Shown: one piece after another, positions 46,425 to 56,700 of the stretch | Numbering within the stretch: the first letter of the stretch is position 1 | Layout: every line of letters begins with the position of its first letter | Assembly (NCBI GenBank): GCA_016199085.1 | Contig: JACQHJ010000003.1 | Location: 103,517 to 167,516 of the forward strand | DNA from: Candidatus Levyibacteriota bacterium | Lineage (GTDB): Bacteria > Patescibacteriota > Microgenomatia > Levybacterales > UBA12049 | Length of the DNA stretch: 64,000 nt | Reading direction: 5' to 3' | Program-made: the position numbers and the translations under genes | Notes under the pieces: generated by a model | What the model was told of the DNA's origin: nothing | Seen by the model: only the letters and a program-made list of their open reading frames with translations | Databases searched by the model: none

Positions 46425-46453
46425 ATAATAACTAAAATCAAAAACTTTGTCAA
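46425..46453 (-). promoter_or_regulatory. Sigma70 promoter of greA
   Basis: TTGACA-17 nt-TATTAT. Confidence 0.75.
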
Positions 46454-46482
46454 TGACCTCTAGTTAATAAATAGAGGATATT

Positions 46483-47340
46483 TTATGCATTTCGTTTTAA
46501 AAAGACATTTACCTTTTTTTCCGTATTTTGAGGGTGAAAAGCAAGGAAGTTATCCTCTACCGTTTCTATCGTCACATCGTTTTTCATATACTCCCATTGC
46601 AGTATCCTTGCAAACTTTTCAACTCTAGTGATATTTAGAAACCAAACCAAAATCTTATTGAAGAAATTATCCTCAGCGTTAAAAAATATTTTATAACCTT
46701 TGATACGTGTTTTAATATTTGGAAAGAAATTAAATACCCAATCATTTTGATTTAAAAAATCAAAATAACAATTTTGTCTTTGAAAGACCGGTAAAAGCTG
46801 TACAATTTCGTGAGCAATATAGATGCTTTGCCTTTTTTTGATAAATCCGATGCTTTCTTTTCCGATAATTAAGTTTAGACATATTTTGTCTTTTGTATTT
46901 ACTTGTCTTTTCTTTCTATAAACTCCAAAAAGACTAAGGAGCAAAACCAGCATAAGCCTCGTAAACCAAGTTAGATTATTTTTAGAGATCACAAAGATGT
47001 CAATATCTTCATCTAAACTTGAGTTTTTCATTGCTAGGCTGCCACTTATACCGATAAATTCTACTGTTGGCAAGAAAGATAACTTTTTAATAATTGGGAG
47101 AGCTTTTATTATTTTTTGACTACTTATTTTTTCCTTTTCTAATCTTTGATAGACATCTTTTCTATTTTTTAAATAATAAAAAGATTTGTAAGAAGAGATA
47201 TTTAACGTTTTTAAGTATTTGAAAAAATGTTCTTTGGTTTTATCTGTTTTTGTAAACTGCCAGATTTCTTCTTTAGTTAGTGGATAATTGAAAAAATTAA
47301 AGTAGGACAGTGTTTCTAAAATTCTTTTTTTACTGTCCAT
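46483..47340 (-). CDS. Pol-beta-superfamily nucleotidyltransferase-domain protein
   Basis: GISGSLAM...DEDIDIFVI motif; KICLN, AHEI. Confidence 0.72.
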   Translation of the reverse strand: MDSKKRILETLSYFNFFNYPLTKEEIWQFTKTDKTKEHFFKYLKTLNISSYKSFYYLKNRKDVYQRLEKEKISSQKIIKALPIIKKLSFLPTVEFIGISGSLAMKNSSLDEDIDIFVISKNNLTWFTRLMLVLLLSLFGVYRKKRQVNTKDKICLNLIIGKESIGFIKKRQSIYIAHEIVQLLPVFQRQNCYFDFLNQNDWVFNFFPNIKTRIKGYKIFFNAEDNFFNKILVWFLNITRVEKFARILQWEYMKNDVTIETVEDNFLAFHPQNTEKKVNVFLKRNA

Positions 47341-48817
47341 ATTGAGAAAGCACTTGCGTCATTCCTTCGGTAAGAGTGTCAAATGCACTTTCGGTGGAGC
47401 CGGCATTATAAATAGAATTTATGGCGTTACCAAGGTATGTATTTAGCTGCTGGTTTAAACCGTTATCATAAGTTGCATCGACAAAAAATGATGAACCGGC
47501 AGTTGGAGCCTGAGTCAAAAATGGATATACTAGAGGATTCTCCGAAGCTGTAGCTGCAAGATCAACTCTAGCATAGGGTTCGCCAAATGTCCTTTCCTTA
47601 GATTGCTCAAGATACATTTTTTCTTCCGTTTCCCTTTGCGCAAGAAAACTTACAAACATCAAGGCTTCTTTCTGATGAGTGCTTTTAGCAGAAACCCCAG
47701 ACGCCCAATAGCTTGCCATATTAATAGATTGGTTTGGTAGCTGCGGGACAGTTGTTATTTCAAAATTGAGGTTTGGATTAAATGCCTTGATTGTAAAATA
47801 ATCCCAGGAATAACCAAAAAACATTGCCAGGTTCCCTTTCGAAAAAGCGAGGATTGATGGATCAAGTGTAATATCCCAAACGTTATTTACGTCTGTTGCA
47901 AAGGATGTATAAAAATTCAACGCCCCCAATGCCCTGTCTCTTGAAGACTCCATGTCGGCAAGGTCAACGCTGTTTTGTAAAAATAACAAGGAGACTATAT
48001 CCGAAGCGTGAGAAATGTTATCGAAAGTTCCCATTGCGGCTCCAGCAGTTTTTATCTTACCTTCTTCATCTTTAACAGTTAGTATTCTGGCAAAGTCTAC
48101 GAAATCATTCCAGGTCTTGGGATATACAAGTCCTGCAGAGCTAAAAATATCCTTATTAACATACATTGCAAGAGTGTCTATGCTCATTGGAACACCATAA
48201 ATTGCCCCGTTTTGTATCAGATCTTTCTGAACAACTGGATAAAAAGAGTTTAAATATTCATCTTTTGAGATTGTCTTACTTGGAAAAGGAAGCAAGATGG
48301 ACGAAAGCATCGGATACCAGCTGTTGTGAAACAGGAAAATGTCAGGACCATTTCCGTTATCTATTCTTGTCTGAAGAGTTTCCCTGTATTGTTTTACATC
48401 TTGTTTTTCATATTTCACTTTAATGCTTGGATTTTGTCTTTGAAAATCATCGATTACTGCCTTCATTGTTTTCTCGTCTTCCCAAAGACCCCAGAAGGTA
48501 AGTTCTCCGCCTGTTGCGGTATTGCTCTTTCCTCCAAACAGAGTATTAACTGCGAAAAATATTACCGAAACCACTATTAAAACTACGACTGCTCCGATTA
48601 ATATCCTAAGTAAACCTCTAACGGGAAGTTTTCTTTTGTTTTCATTTGACGGTTTTGGCTCTTGGGGAGCCGTAGGAGGTGGCCCACTAAGTGGTGGCGG
48701 AGGATTATCCGGCGGATTTTGAGGTAAGGGATTATTCAAAGGCTCTCTGCCCGGCAAAGGAGGCATTTGACCCCCTGGCGGTTGAGGACTTTGAAATACT
48801 GTTTGATCGTTTTCCAT
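47330..48817 (-). CDS. Sugar ABC-type substrate-binding protein with Pro-rich N-terminus and TM anchor
   Basis: LTFWG, GPDIF, IYGVPMSIDTLAMYVNKDIF, PKTWNDF. Confidence 0.85.
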   Translation of the reverse strand: MENDQTVFQSPQPPGGQMPPLPGREPLNNPLPQNPPDNPPPPLSGPPPTAPQEPKPSNENKRKLPVRGLLRILIGAVVVLIVVSVIFFAVNTLFGGKSNTATGGELTFWGLWEDEKTMKAVIDDFQRQNPSIKVKYEKQDVKQYRETLQTRIDNGNGPDIFLFHNSWYPMLSSILLPFPSKTISKDEYLNSFYPVVQKDLIQNGAIYGVPMSIDTLAMYVNKDIFSSAGLVYPKTWNDFVDFARILTVKDEEGKIKTAGAAMGTFDNISHASDIVSLLFLQNSVDLADMESSRDRALGALNFYTSFATDVNNVWDITLDPSILAFSKGNLAMFFGYSWDYFTIKAFNPNLNFEITTVPQLPNQSINMASYWASGVSAKSTHQKEALMFVSFLAQRETEEKMYLEQSKERTFGEPYARVDLAATASENPLVYPFLTQAPTAGSSFFVDATYDNGLNQQLNTYLGNAINSIYNAGSTESAFDTLTEGMTQVLSQYGQ

Positions 48818-48856
48818 GAGCTTTTTATAGTATAATACAATATATAAAGCTACTCA

Positions 48857-50302
48857 ATGAAGACATCCTTTCAAAAGCTAAAAACCAAATTTCGTTTTAG
48901 GTATTCAAAGCGTCTTAAGAAAATAGTCGCCAATCTTTTCTGGTTTTTTACAGGAGCTTTCCTTTCATTAATTTTTTTAACAAGTCTTATCCTTTTTGTC
49001 TATCAAAAGATTTATGACAATAAAGTTTATCCAGGTATTTATGTAGGGAATAAGGATTTTGGAGGACAAACTAAAGAATATGTAAAAAACTATTACAAAG
49101 CAAAAAATAATCAAATAAGCGAATCTTCTTTTGTTTTTACTAGCGACTATGGAATAGCAACGATTTCAGCAAAGCAGATTGGCTTTGGCTATGAACCCGA
49201 TTTACTCGCCGAGCAAGCCTACTCCCTAGGTAAATCTACCAACCTTTTATCTAATATAAGCGTAATTGTCCAGGCATATTTTACAGGCATACATCTTTCT
49301 CCGACCTATGCTTTTTCAAGAGATGTGTTAGCCGAGAACCTAAAACCTATTAAGGAAAAAATAGATAAAAAACCCGTTGATGCCCAGTTTGCATTTAAAA
49401 ACGGAAGAGTTACGACCTTTAAACCATCAAGTAACGGTCAGGTTTTAGAGATAGATAAAATATTTAAGCTCGTTGAAGAAAAAACTCCGACAGTCATTTC
49501 ATCGGCAAAAACCGAGACAATTACAATACCTCTTCCTATTACCGTACTTTTCCCAAATATCACTACAGAAGAAGCAAATAATATGGGGATCAAGGAACTC
49601 ATAGGAAAAGGGGAGTCTACTTTTTTCCATTCAATCCCAGGGAGAGTTTATAATGTAAACCTGGCATCTTCAAGACTAGACGGAGTCCTGATAGCACCAG
49701 GCGAAGTGTTTTCTTTCAATAAAGCGCTTGGCGATGTATCAGCCTTCACGGGCTATAAGCAGGCATATATAATCCAAAACGGCAGAACGGTCCTAGGAGA
49801 CGGAGGAGGGGTTTGTCAGGTCTCTACAACCTTTTTCAGAGCTATTTTAGACGCAGGGCTTCCCATTGTTGAAAGACAAGCCCATGCATATAGAGTAGGC
49901 TATTACGAACAGGATTCACCCCCTGGAATTGATGCAACAATCTTTGTGCCAAGCGTTGATTTAAAGTTTAAAAACGATACTGGACACTATATTTTGGTTC
50001 AAAGAGAAATTGACCTTGCCAATTATTCCTTAAAATTCTATCTTTATGGAACAAGCGACGGAAGGAAAACTGAGATAGGAAAACCGGTAATATTAAGCCA
50101 GTCTCCTCCGCCTGAACCTTTATACCAGGATGATCCAAACTTACCCGTTGGTCAAGTTTCGCAAACAGACTTTGCGGCCTGGGGAGCAAATGTCTATTTT
50201 ACAAGAACCGTAACCAGAGACGGGAAAGTAATAATTTCCGATAAATTCACCTCCAACTACAGACCCTGGCAAGCAGTATTTTTAAGAGGCACCAAACAAT
50301 AA
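48857..50302 (+). CDS. VanW-family protein with peptidoglycan-binding domain
   Basis: PGEVFSFN, GGGVCQVSTT, G.DATI...DLKFKN; N-terminal TM. Confidence 0.9.
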   Translation: MKTSFQKLKTKFRFRYSKRLKKIVANLFWFFTGAFLSLIFLTSLILFVYQKIYDNKVYPGIYVGNKDFGGQTKEYVKNYYKAKNNQISESSFVFTSDYGIATISAKQIGFGYEPDLLAEQAYSLGKSTNLLSNISVIVQAYFTGIHLSPTYAFSRDVLAENLKPIKEKIDKKPVDAQFAFKNGRVTTFKPSSNGQVLEIDKIFKLVEEKTPTVISSAKTETITIPLPITVLFPNITTEEANNMGIKELIGKGESTFFHSIPGRVYNVNLASSRLDGVLIAPGEVFSFNKALGDVSAFTGYKQAYIIQNGRTVLGDGGGVCQVSTTFFRAILDAGLPIVERQAHAYRVGYYEQDSPPGIDATIFVPSVDLKFKNDTGHYILVQREIDLANYSLKFYLYGTSDGRKTEIGKPVILSQSPPPEPLYQDDPNLPVGQVSQTDFAAWGANVYFTRTVTRDGKVIISDKFTSNYRPWQAVFLRGTKQ

Positions 50303-50303
50303 A

Positions 50304-50789
50304 ATGGGCAAGGTCGTAACTTTAGAAAAAGCCATAGACTTGGCCAATGAAATAAAACAAACCGGTAGAACAATTGTTTTAGCGGGAGGATGTTTTGATA
50401 TTTTGCATATTGGACATATTAAGTTTTTAGAAAAAGCCAAGAAACAGGGAGACTTTCTTTTCATACTTTTGGAAAACGACGACTCCGTTAAGAAATTAAA
50501 AGGTGAGAATAGACCGATAAATTCACAAAGCGACAGGGCGCAGATTTTATCTGCCTTACAATCCGTTAATTTCGTCGTCTTACTTAATAAAATGGAGTCT
50601 GATAGTCAATACGATGACCTGATCCAAAAACTCAAACCCGATATTATCGCTGTTACTCAAAACGATTCCCAAGAAGTTCACGCAAAAAGACAGGCGAAAA
50701 ATATAAATGCAAAAGTGGTAAAAGTTACGGATAAGATTGAAGATCAGTCTACAACAAGACTTGCAAAATTAATTTCAGAAAATTTTTAA
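50304..50789 (+). CDS. HIGH-family nucleotidyltransferase (RfaE-II/TagD/RibL-like)
   Basis: GGCFDILHIGH, KGENRPIN, STT. Confidence 0.85.
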   Translation: MGKVVTLEKAIDLANEIKQTGRTIVLAGGCFDILHIGHIKFLEKAKKQGDFLFILLENDDSVKKLKGENRPINSQSDRAQILSALQSVNFVVLLNKMESDSQYDDLIQKLKPDIIAVTQNDSQEVHAKRQAKNINAKVVKVTDKIEDQSTTRLAKLISENF

Positions 50790-50791
50790 AT

Positions 50792-51241
50792 ATGAGACTA
50801 CTTTTTTTAGCTTTTGTCTTATTATCAACAATTTTCTTATCCTCAGTCATATTTATGTTTTTCTTCAATAATCAAAAGGCGTATGTTGTAATAAACGGGA
50901 AATATTTTAATACCGAAATTGCCAAAACAGATAAGCAAAAAGCAGTAGGACTTTCTAAATACAATAAAATAGAAAATAACTTCGGCATGCTTTTCCCATA
51001 TCAAACAGAAGATTATTATTCTTTTTGGATGAAAAATATGAAATTTCCAATAGACATTATTTATATTAGGAAAAATAAGATTTCTACAATCTTTAAAAAT
51101 GTAGACTTTCCTAAAAATCAGGAGGAAGAGCTAATTAAATATACCCCCGACGAACCCTCTGATCTTGTCTTTGAGATAAACGGTGGACTTTCCGATAAAT
51201 ATAACTTTAAGATAGGAAACAATGTTAAAATAGTTTATTGA
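50792..51241 (+). CDS. DUF192 family protein
   Basis: EIA......GL, GMLF, FWMKNMKFPIDII, FEINGG. Confidence 0.88.
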   Translation: MRLLFLAFVLLSTIFLSSVIFMFFFNNQKAYVVINGKYFNTEIAKTDKQKAVGLSKYNKIENNFGMLFPYQTEDYYSFWMKNMKFPIDIIYIRKNKISTIFKNVDFPKNQEEELIKYTPDEPSDLVFEINGGLSDKYNFKIGNNVKIVY

Positions 51242-51242
51242 A

Positions 51243-52268
51243 ATGATAATTTTAGGAATTGAGACAAGCTGCGATGAAACTTCTGCCGCAATCGTCACAA
51301 CAGGAAAAAACAGTCAGGAAGTAACTCTGCTTTCTAATGTTGTTGCCACTTCTCTTTCTTTACATACCAAAACTGGCGGAATAATTCCGGAAGTTGCAGC
51401 CAGAGAGCAGGTTAAATATATAATCCCAGTAATTGACGAAGCTTTGAAAAAAGCTTCCATCGATATTTCCGATATAGACACCATAGCCGTAACAACCGGA
51501 CCCGGACTAATAGGATCTCTTTTGGTAGGGGTGGAAACGGCGAAAACATTGAGCTTTACTTTGGGAAAACCAATTGTATCCGTAAATCATCTCTATGGAC
51601 ATATCTACGCTAACTTTATTAAAGATCCTCTAAGTAAAGACGTTATTGAATTTCCGGCTGTCTCCTTGGTTGTTTCGGGAGGACATACGGATTTAGTCTT
51701 AATAAAAAATCATAAGAATTTTGTCTGGCTTGGAGGAACAAGAGACGATGCCGCAGGAGAAGCATTTGATAAAGTAGGAAGATTACTTAATCTTCCTTAT
51801 CCAGCAGGACCTGTCATAGAAAAACTATCACAAAAAGGGGATAGTCAAAAATATAAATTTCCCCACCCATTGATTGACTCAGATGATTTTGACTTTAGTT
51901 TTAGCGGTTTAAAAACAGCAGTCCTTCGAGAAGTTTTAGACAGAAAACTTAGTAAAAGTGAAACAGTTGATATTTGTGCATCTTTTCAAAAAGCAATAAT
52001 TGATACTCTGATAGTAAAAACAATAAAAGCAGCTAGAAAATACAATGTTAAATCAATTCTTCTGGGTGGAGGCGTAGCTGCAAACCAAAAACTAAAAGAA
52101 AGCATTACTTTACAAATTAACGATAATTTAAGCGGTACTAAAATATTTATCCCTACAAAAAATCTTTGCACCGATAATGCCGCAATGATTGCTGCAGCAG
52201 GCTTTTTTAACTACAAAAAGTCTTCATGGAGAGATATAGACGCAAATCCTGAAAGCTACTTTATCTAG
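51243..52268 (+). CDS. tsaD: tRNA N6-adenosine threonylcarbamoyltransferase
   Basis: GIETSCDET, GPGL, NHLYGH, VSGGHT, DDAAGEAFDK, TDNAAMI. Confidence 0.96.
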   Translation: MIILGIETSCDETSAAIVTTGKNSQEVTLLSNVVATSLSLHTKTGGIIPEVAAREQVKYIIPVIDEALKKASIDISDIDTIAVTTGPGLIGSLLVGVETAKTLSFTLGKPIVSVNHLYGHIYANFIKDPLSKDVIEFPAVSLVVSGGHTDLVLIKNHKNFVWLGGTRDDAAGEAFDKVGRLLNLPYPAGPVIEKLSQKGDSQKYKFPHPLIDSDDFDFSFSGLKTAVLREVLDRKLSKSETVDICASFQKAIIDTLIVKTIKAARKYNVKSILLGGGVAANQKLKESITLQINDNLSGTKIFIPTKNLCTDNAAMIAAAGFFNYKKSSWRDIDANPESYFI

Positions 52269-52298
52269 ACTTGCGTCTAAATGATAGAATATAAAATA

Positions 52299-53306
52299 AT
52301 GCAACTAGACCTGCTCATAATTGTATCTGTAATAATCATTGGTTTTGTCGTACTTTTAGTCCTAATTAACAGAAAGCTCTCGGATATTTCCCAAAACAAA
52401 ACCGACCAGGCGCTTTTGGAATGGCTTAAAACCATGCAAATATCTATCAACTCCTCCTCATCCCATATGGTCAAGACCCTACAGGAAAACTCAAAGCAGC
52501 TAAATGATAGACTTGAAAAAACAGCAAGCGTTATCCAGGACGTTGAAAGGGAAGTCGGACAAATGAGTGAAATAGGAAGAAACATGAAGGAACTGCAGGA
52601 CTTTCTAAAAAGTCCGAAACTAAGAGGAAATATCGGGGAACAAGTCTTAAAGGATCTAATCGCCCAGATGTTTCCCAAAAGCAGTTTCTATTTACAGTAC
52701 GCATTCAAATCCGGAGATAAAGTCGATGCGGCTATAAAAACAGACGCGGGAATCCTTTCTATAGACTCCAAATTCCCGATGGAGAATTTTGTCAAAATGA
52801 CTAAGTTTCCAACCAAAAGTGTTGAGTATTCTGCTTTCCAAAAGGAATTTATTAAAGATTTGAAAAAACATATAGAAGCAATCTCGCAAAAATACATTTT
52901 ACCATCCGAAGGAACAATGGATTTTGCCCTAATGTATATTCCAAGCGAATCAGTCTATTATGAAGTAGTCAATCTTCCTGAAGTACTAGACTATGCCAGA
53001 AAACTAAGAGTCTATCTTGTATCCCCTTCGACTCTATATGCACATTTACAGACAATACTACTCTCCTTTGAGGGAAAAAGAATCGAAAGCACATCTAAAG
53101 AACTTTTTGCCTTACTTAGAAATATTGTTATTGATTTTGAAAAGGTTGATGAAAATCTCTCTATACTTGGAAAACATATTAATAATTCCTATTCCCAATT
53201 TTCAAACGTTTCAAGCGGATTTGCAAACCTTGGCAATAAAATGAAATTGACAAAAAGTCTGGAATATAATAAAAAAGAAATTACACAAAATAAAGGGGGT
53301 GAATAA
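52299..53306 (+). CDS. rmuC: DNA recombination protein RmuC
   Basis: KLRGNIGE, IDSKFP, HI..I..KYI, DFALMYIPSE, SPSTL. Start moved to MQLDL (track start 52281). Confidence 0.9.
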   Translation: MQLDLLIIVSVIIIGFVVLLVLINRKLSDISQNKTDQALLEWLKTMQISINSSSSHMVKTLQENSKQLNDRLEKTASVIQDVEREVGQMSEIGRNMKELQDFLKSPKLRGNIGEQVLKDLIAQMFPKSSFYLQYAFKSGDKVDAAIKTDAGILSIDSKFPMENFVKMTKFPTKSVEYSAFQKEFIKDLKKHIEAISQKYILPSEGTMDFALMYIPSESVYYEVVNLPEVLDYARKLRVYLVSPSTLYAHLQTILLSFEGKRIESTSKELFALLRNIVIDFEKVDENLSILGKHINNSYSQFSNVSSGFANLGNKMKLTKSLEYNKKEITQNKGGE

Positions 53307-53311
53307 AATTT

Positions 53312-53737
53312 ATGAATACAAAATTAATCGGTATTGTAGGAGTAGTCGTAGTCTTGGTCATTGCAGCAGTTGTAGTATTTAATACCAAAAGCGCAAATCA
53401 AAATAACACTTCTGGTGGTAACCCAAGCCCAACAGTCTTTGCTACGCCAACAGGAAACATTCAATCACAAACAACGAATGTTCAAGTATCAGCAAGTGGT
53501 TTTGAACCACAAGAAATTAAAATAAAGAAAGGTGCAAGAGTAGTCTGGACAAACACAAGCGGCGCAAAAGCTACCGTAAGCTCAGATGTTCATCCAACTC
53601 ATTTACTCTTCCCATTTTTAAATCTTGGAGCGTTTGAAGATAAGCAGAGTGTATCGGTAATCTTTGAAAAGCCAGGAACTTATACATATCACAATCATTT
53701 CAAACCAAGCCAAACAGGAACCGTGGTGGTAGAGTAA
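53312..53737 (+). CDS. Membrane-anchored cupredoxin-like protein
   Basis: GFEPQEIKIKKG..V.WTN, HPTH, GTYTYHNH, GTVVVE; SD GGGGGTGA. Confidence 0.8.
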   Translation: MNTKLIGIVGVVVVLVIAAVVVFNTKSANQNNTSGGNPSPTVFATPTGNIQSQTTNVQVSASGFEPQEIKIKKGARVVWTNTSGAKATVSSDVHPTHLLFPFLNLGAFEDKQSVSVIFEKPGTYTYHNHFKPSQTGTVVVE

Positions 53738-53768
53738 GGATAGATTTTGGCTGTGATACAATACCTGC

Positions 53769-56663
53769 ATGAAGGCGGGCATCAATTTAGATAAAAACCA
53801 GCTTAAAGCTGTAAAATTTGGTGGCGGACCCCTCCTTATTATCGCTGGAGCAGGAACAGGAAAAACAACTGTAATCACCGAACGCATAAAACATCTTGTT
53901 ATAGACAAAAATGTAACCACCTCCCAAATACTTGCTTTAACGTTTACTGAAAAAGCTGCGGCTGAGATGATCGAGCGGGTTGACCAGGCAATGCCCTATG
54001 GGTATACACAAACGTGGATCTCAACGTTTCATTCTTTTTGCGATCGGGTTTTAAGATCTGAAAGCATTCATATAGGACTAAATCCTTCATATAAACTGAT
54101 GACAGAAGCAGAAAGCATTCTGTTTCTAAAAACAAATCTTTTTAAATTTAAATTCAATTATTTCAGGCCTCTTGGAAATCCCAATAAATTCTTGGAAGCA
54201 ATCCTTCAGCATTTCTCAAGGCTTAAAGACGAAGACGTATTGCCAGACAAATATCTGGAGTTTATTAAAACAAACAAACAATTAAGAAAAGAAAACCAAG
54301 AATATAAAAAATATCTTGAATTATCCCAAGCTTTTCTAACCTATGAAAAACTGAAAGCAAAAGAGTCAGTCATGGATTTTTCAGACCTAATCTCAAATAC
54401 CTTAAAACTTTTTAGGACCAGGCCGAACATTTTAAAACAGTACCAGGAAATGTTTCGCTACATTTTAGTAGATGAATTCCAGGACACAAACTATGCCCAA
54501 AACGAACTGGCAATTTTGATTTCGGGTAAAAAACGAAACATAACTGTTGTAGGAGACGATGACCAGTCAATTTACAGATTTCGGGGAAGTTCGATTTCCA
54601 ATATTTTGCAATTTAAGAAAAGATTTCCTAAAACCAAAATAATAACCCTTACAAAAAACTTTCGCTCTACAAAAGAAATTTTGGAAAGATCATATAAACT
54701 TATCCAATTTAATAATCCCGATAGGTTGGAGGTAAAAGAGAAAATAAATAAAAAACTTATTTCTGCAAGAAACATAGACGGAAAAGAAACCGAACTTTTA
54801 TATAAGCCAAGGGTCGAAGATGAAGCAGAAGCAGTAGTAAATAAAATCAAAGAGGTCTATAAAGACGGGGAGAAATATGACTATAAAGACTTTGCCATTT
54901 TAGTTCGGGCAAATGACCACGCAGACAGTTTTATAAGAGCTTTGGAAAGATCAAAAATTCCCTATCAATTCCTAGGCCCAGGAAGACTTTTTCACCAGGA
55001 AGAGATAAAAGACCTAGTCGCCTATTTAAAAGTCTTATATAACTTTGATGATACGGCATCTTTATACAGAGTTTTGAATATGCCTGTGTTTGACTTTGAG
55101 TCTTTGAGTATCTCGGCAATTTTAAATTATATGAAAAGAAAAAATTATTCTCTTTTTGAAGCCCTGGAACATATTGACGATTTAGTCCTAAAACAAACTA
55201 CAAAAGATAAATTTAAATCCTTAACTAAAATGATAAAAAGACACATAAAACTTGTTCCAAAACAAACAGCAGGGCAAATTCTCTATTATTTTTTGGAAGA
55301 ATCGGGTCTTTTCAAAAGCATTCTGGAATATCAAACCCTCAAAGAAGAATTGATTGCTAAAAATATAGCAAAGTTTTTTGATAAGCTAAAAACCTATGAG
55401 GGAGAACACAAATCCGCAAGTGTTTTTGACGTTGTCGATTGGATAGATCTTTCAATGCAAATGGGTGAAAGCCCTTTGTCTTCCGAAACCGACTGGTCTG
55501 AAAATAATGCGGTAAATATTTTAACCGTTCATTCAAGCAAGGGTCTTGAATTTCCTATTGTCTTTTTGGTAAATCTTGTAGCTCAAAGGTTTCCAACGAG
55601 AGAAAGAGGAGAAAAGATACCGATTCCTCTTGCCCTGATTAAGGAAATACTTCCAAGTGGAGATTTCCATCTCCAGGAAGAAAGAAGGCTTTTTTATGTT
55701 GGTATGACAAGAGCAAAAGACCAGCTGTTTTTTTCTGCCGCTAACTTCTATGGGCAGGGGAAACAAAACAGAAAACTTTCTCCCTTTGTCTATGAAGCTC
55801 TTGGTGAAAGAGAAGTTGAGAATATCTTAAACAGGCAAAATCCTAACATCAACTTACAGCTTTCTTTTAACGGCTGGGCTCAAGGCCAAGAAAAGATTGA
55901 GGAAAAAAAGAGCAACAATCTTTTGATAGATTATATTTCCTATTCTCACCTGCAGACTTTTGCAACGTGTCCTTTGCATTACAAATTAAGATATCTTTTA
56001 AAAATCCCGGGAGCTCCTACGCCTTCTCAAAGTTTTGGAACGAGTATTCATCTAGTTCTAAGAGATTTCTATCAAAGCTGGATTATAGGAAAAAAGCTTA
56101 GCACTAAAGACTCCTCTAAACTTTTTACAACAAACTGGATAAACGAAGGATATTTTAGTAAGGAGCATGAGAAAAAAGCTTTGGCGAAAGCAAAACAAAT
56201 TGTAATTAAATATTTAAAAAAGAATTTTAATAAAGACCATCTTCCTATTGCGTTGGAACAGCCGTTTAAGTTTAACTTGGGTAATTTAAAGATCAGTGGA
56301 AGAATAGATAGAATTGATTTATTGGAAAATGGGAAAGTAGAAATAATAGATTATAAAACTGGACAAAACAAGCTAACGCAAAAGAGACTGGATGAAAGTG
56401 AGCAGTTAAGCCTTTATGCACTTGCCGCAAGAGAAATATTGGAGAAACCTTTTAATATAGATCCCAAGAATTTAATTCTTTCTTTTCACTATCTTGATAC
56501 AAATACCAAGCTTTCTACAAAAAGAACAAATATACAGCTTGACGAGGCAAAGAAAGAAGTTTTGAAAAAGGTAAAAGAAATAGAAAAAAGCGAGTTTGAA
56601 TGCTCAAGGTCAATTTACTGCAAAAATTGTGAGTATAAAATGCTTTGTTCAACATACCTCTAA
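53769..56663 (+). CDS. UvrD/PcrA helicase fused to PD-(D/E)xK nuclease (AdnAB/AddAB-like)
   Basis: AGAGTGKT, VDEFQD, VGDDDQSIYRFRG, KGLEF, EERRLFYV; SYS....F..CP, GRIDRID, IIDYKTG, terminal Cys cluster. Confidence 0.9.
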   Translation: MKAGINLDKNQLKAVKFGGGPLLIIAGAGTGKTTVITERIKHLVIDKNVTTSQILALTFTEKAAAEMIERVDQAMPYGYTQTWISTFHSFCDRVLRSESIHIGLNPSYKLMTEAESILFLKTNLFKFKFNYFRPLGNPNKFLEAILQHFSRLKDEDVLPDKYLEFIKTNKQLRKENQEYKKYLELSQAFLTYEKLKAKESVMDFSDLISNTLKLFRTRPNILKQYQEMFRYILVDEFQDTNYAQNELAILISGKKRNITVVGDDDQSIYRFRGSSISNILQFKKRFPKTKIITLTKNFRSTKEILERSYKLIQFNNPDRLEVKEKINKKLISARNIDGKETELLYKPRVEDEAEAVVNKIKEVYKDGEKYDYKDFAILVRANDHADSFIRALERSKIPYQFLGPGRLFHQEEIKDLVAYLKVLYNFDDTASLYRVLNMPVFDFESLSISAILNYMKRKNYSLFEALEHIDDLVLKQTTKDKFKSLTKMIKRHIKLVPKQTAGQILYYFLEESGLFKSILEYQTLKEELIAKNIAKFFDKLKTYEGEHKSASVFDVVDWIDLSMQMGESPLSSETDWSENNAVNILTVHSSKGLEFPIVFLVNLVAQRFPTRERGEKIPIPLALIKEILPSGDFHLQEERRLFYVGMTRAKDQLFFSAANFYGQGKQNRKLSPFVYEALGEREVENILNRQNPNINLQLSFNGWAQGQEKIEEKKSNNLLIDYISYSHLQTFATCPLHYKLRYLLKIPGAPTPSQSFGTSIHLVLRDFYQSWIIGKKLSTKDSSKLFTTNWINEGYFSKEHEKKALAKAKQIVIKYLKKNFNKDHLPIALEQPFKFNLGNLKISGRIDRIDLLENGKVEIIDYKTGQNKLTQKRLDESEQLSLYALAAREILEKPFNIDPKNLILSFHYLDTNTKLSTKRTNIQLDEAKKEVLKKVKEIEKSEFECSRSIYCKNCEYKMLCSTYL

Positions 56664-56700
56664 AATGGCTTAATTTGCCTCTTTTTGGTATAATACACAT

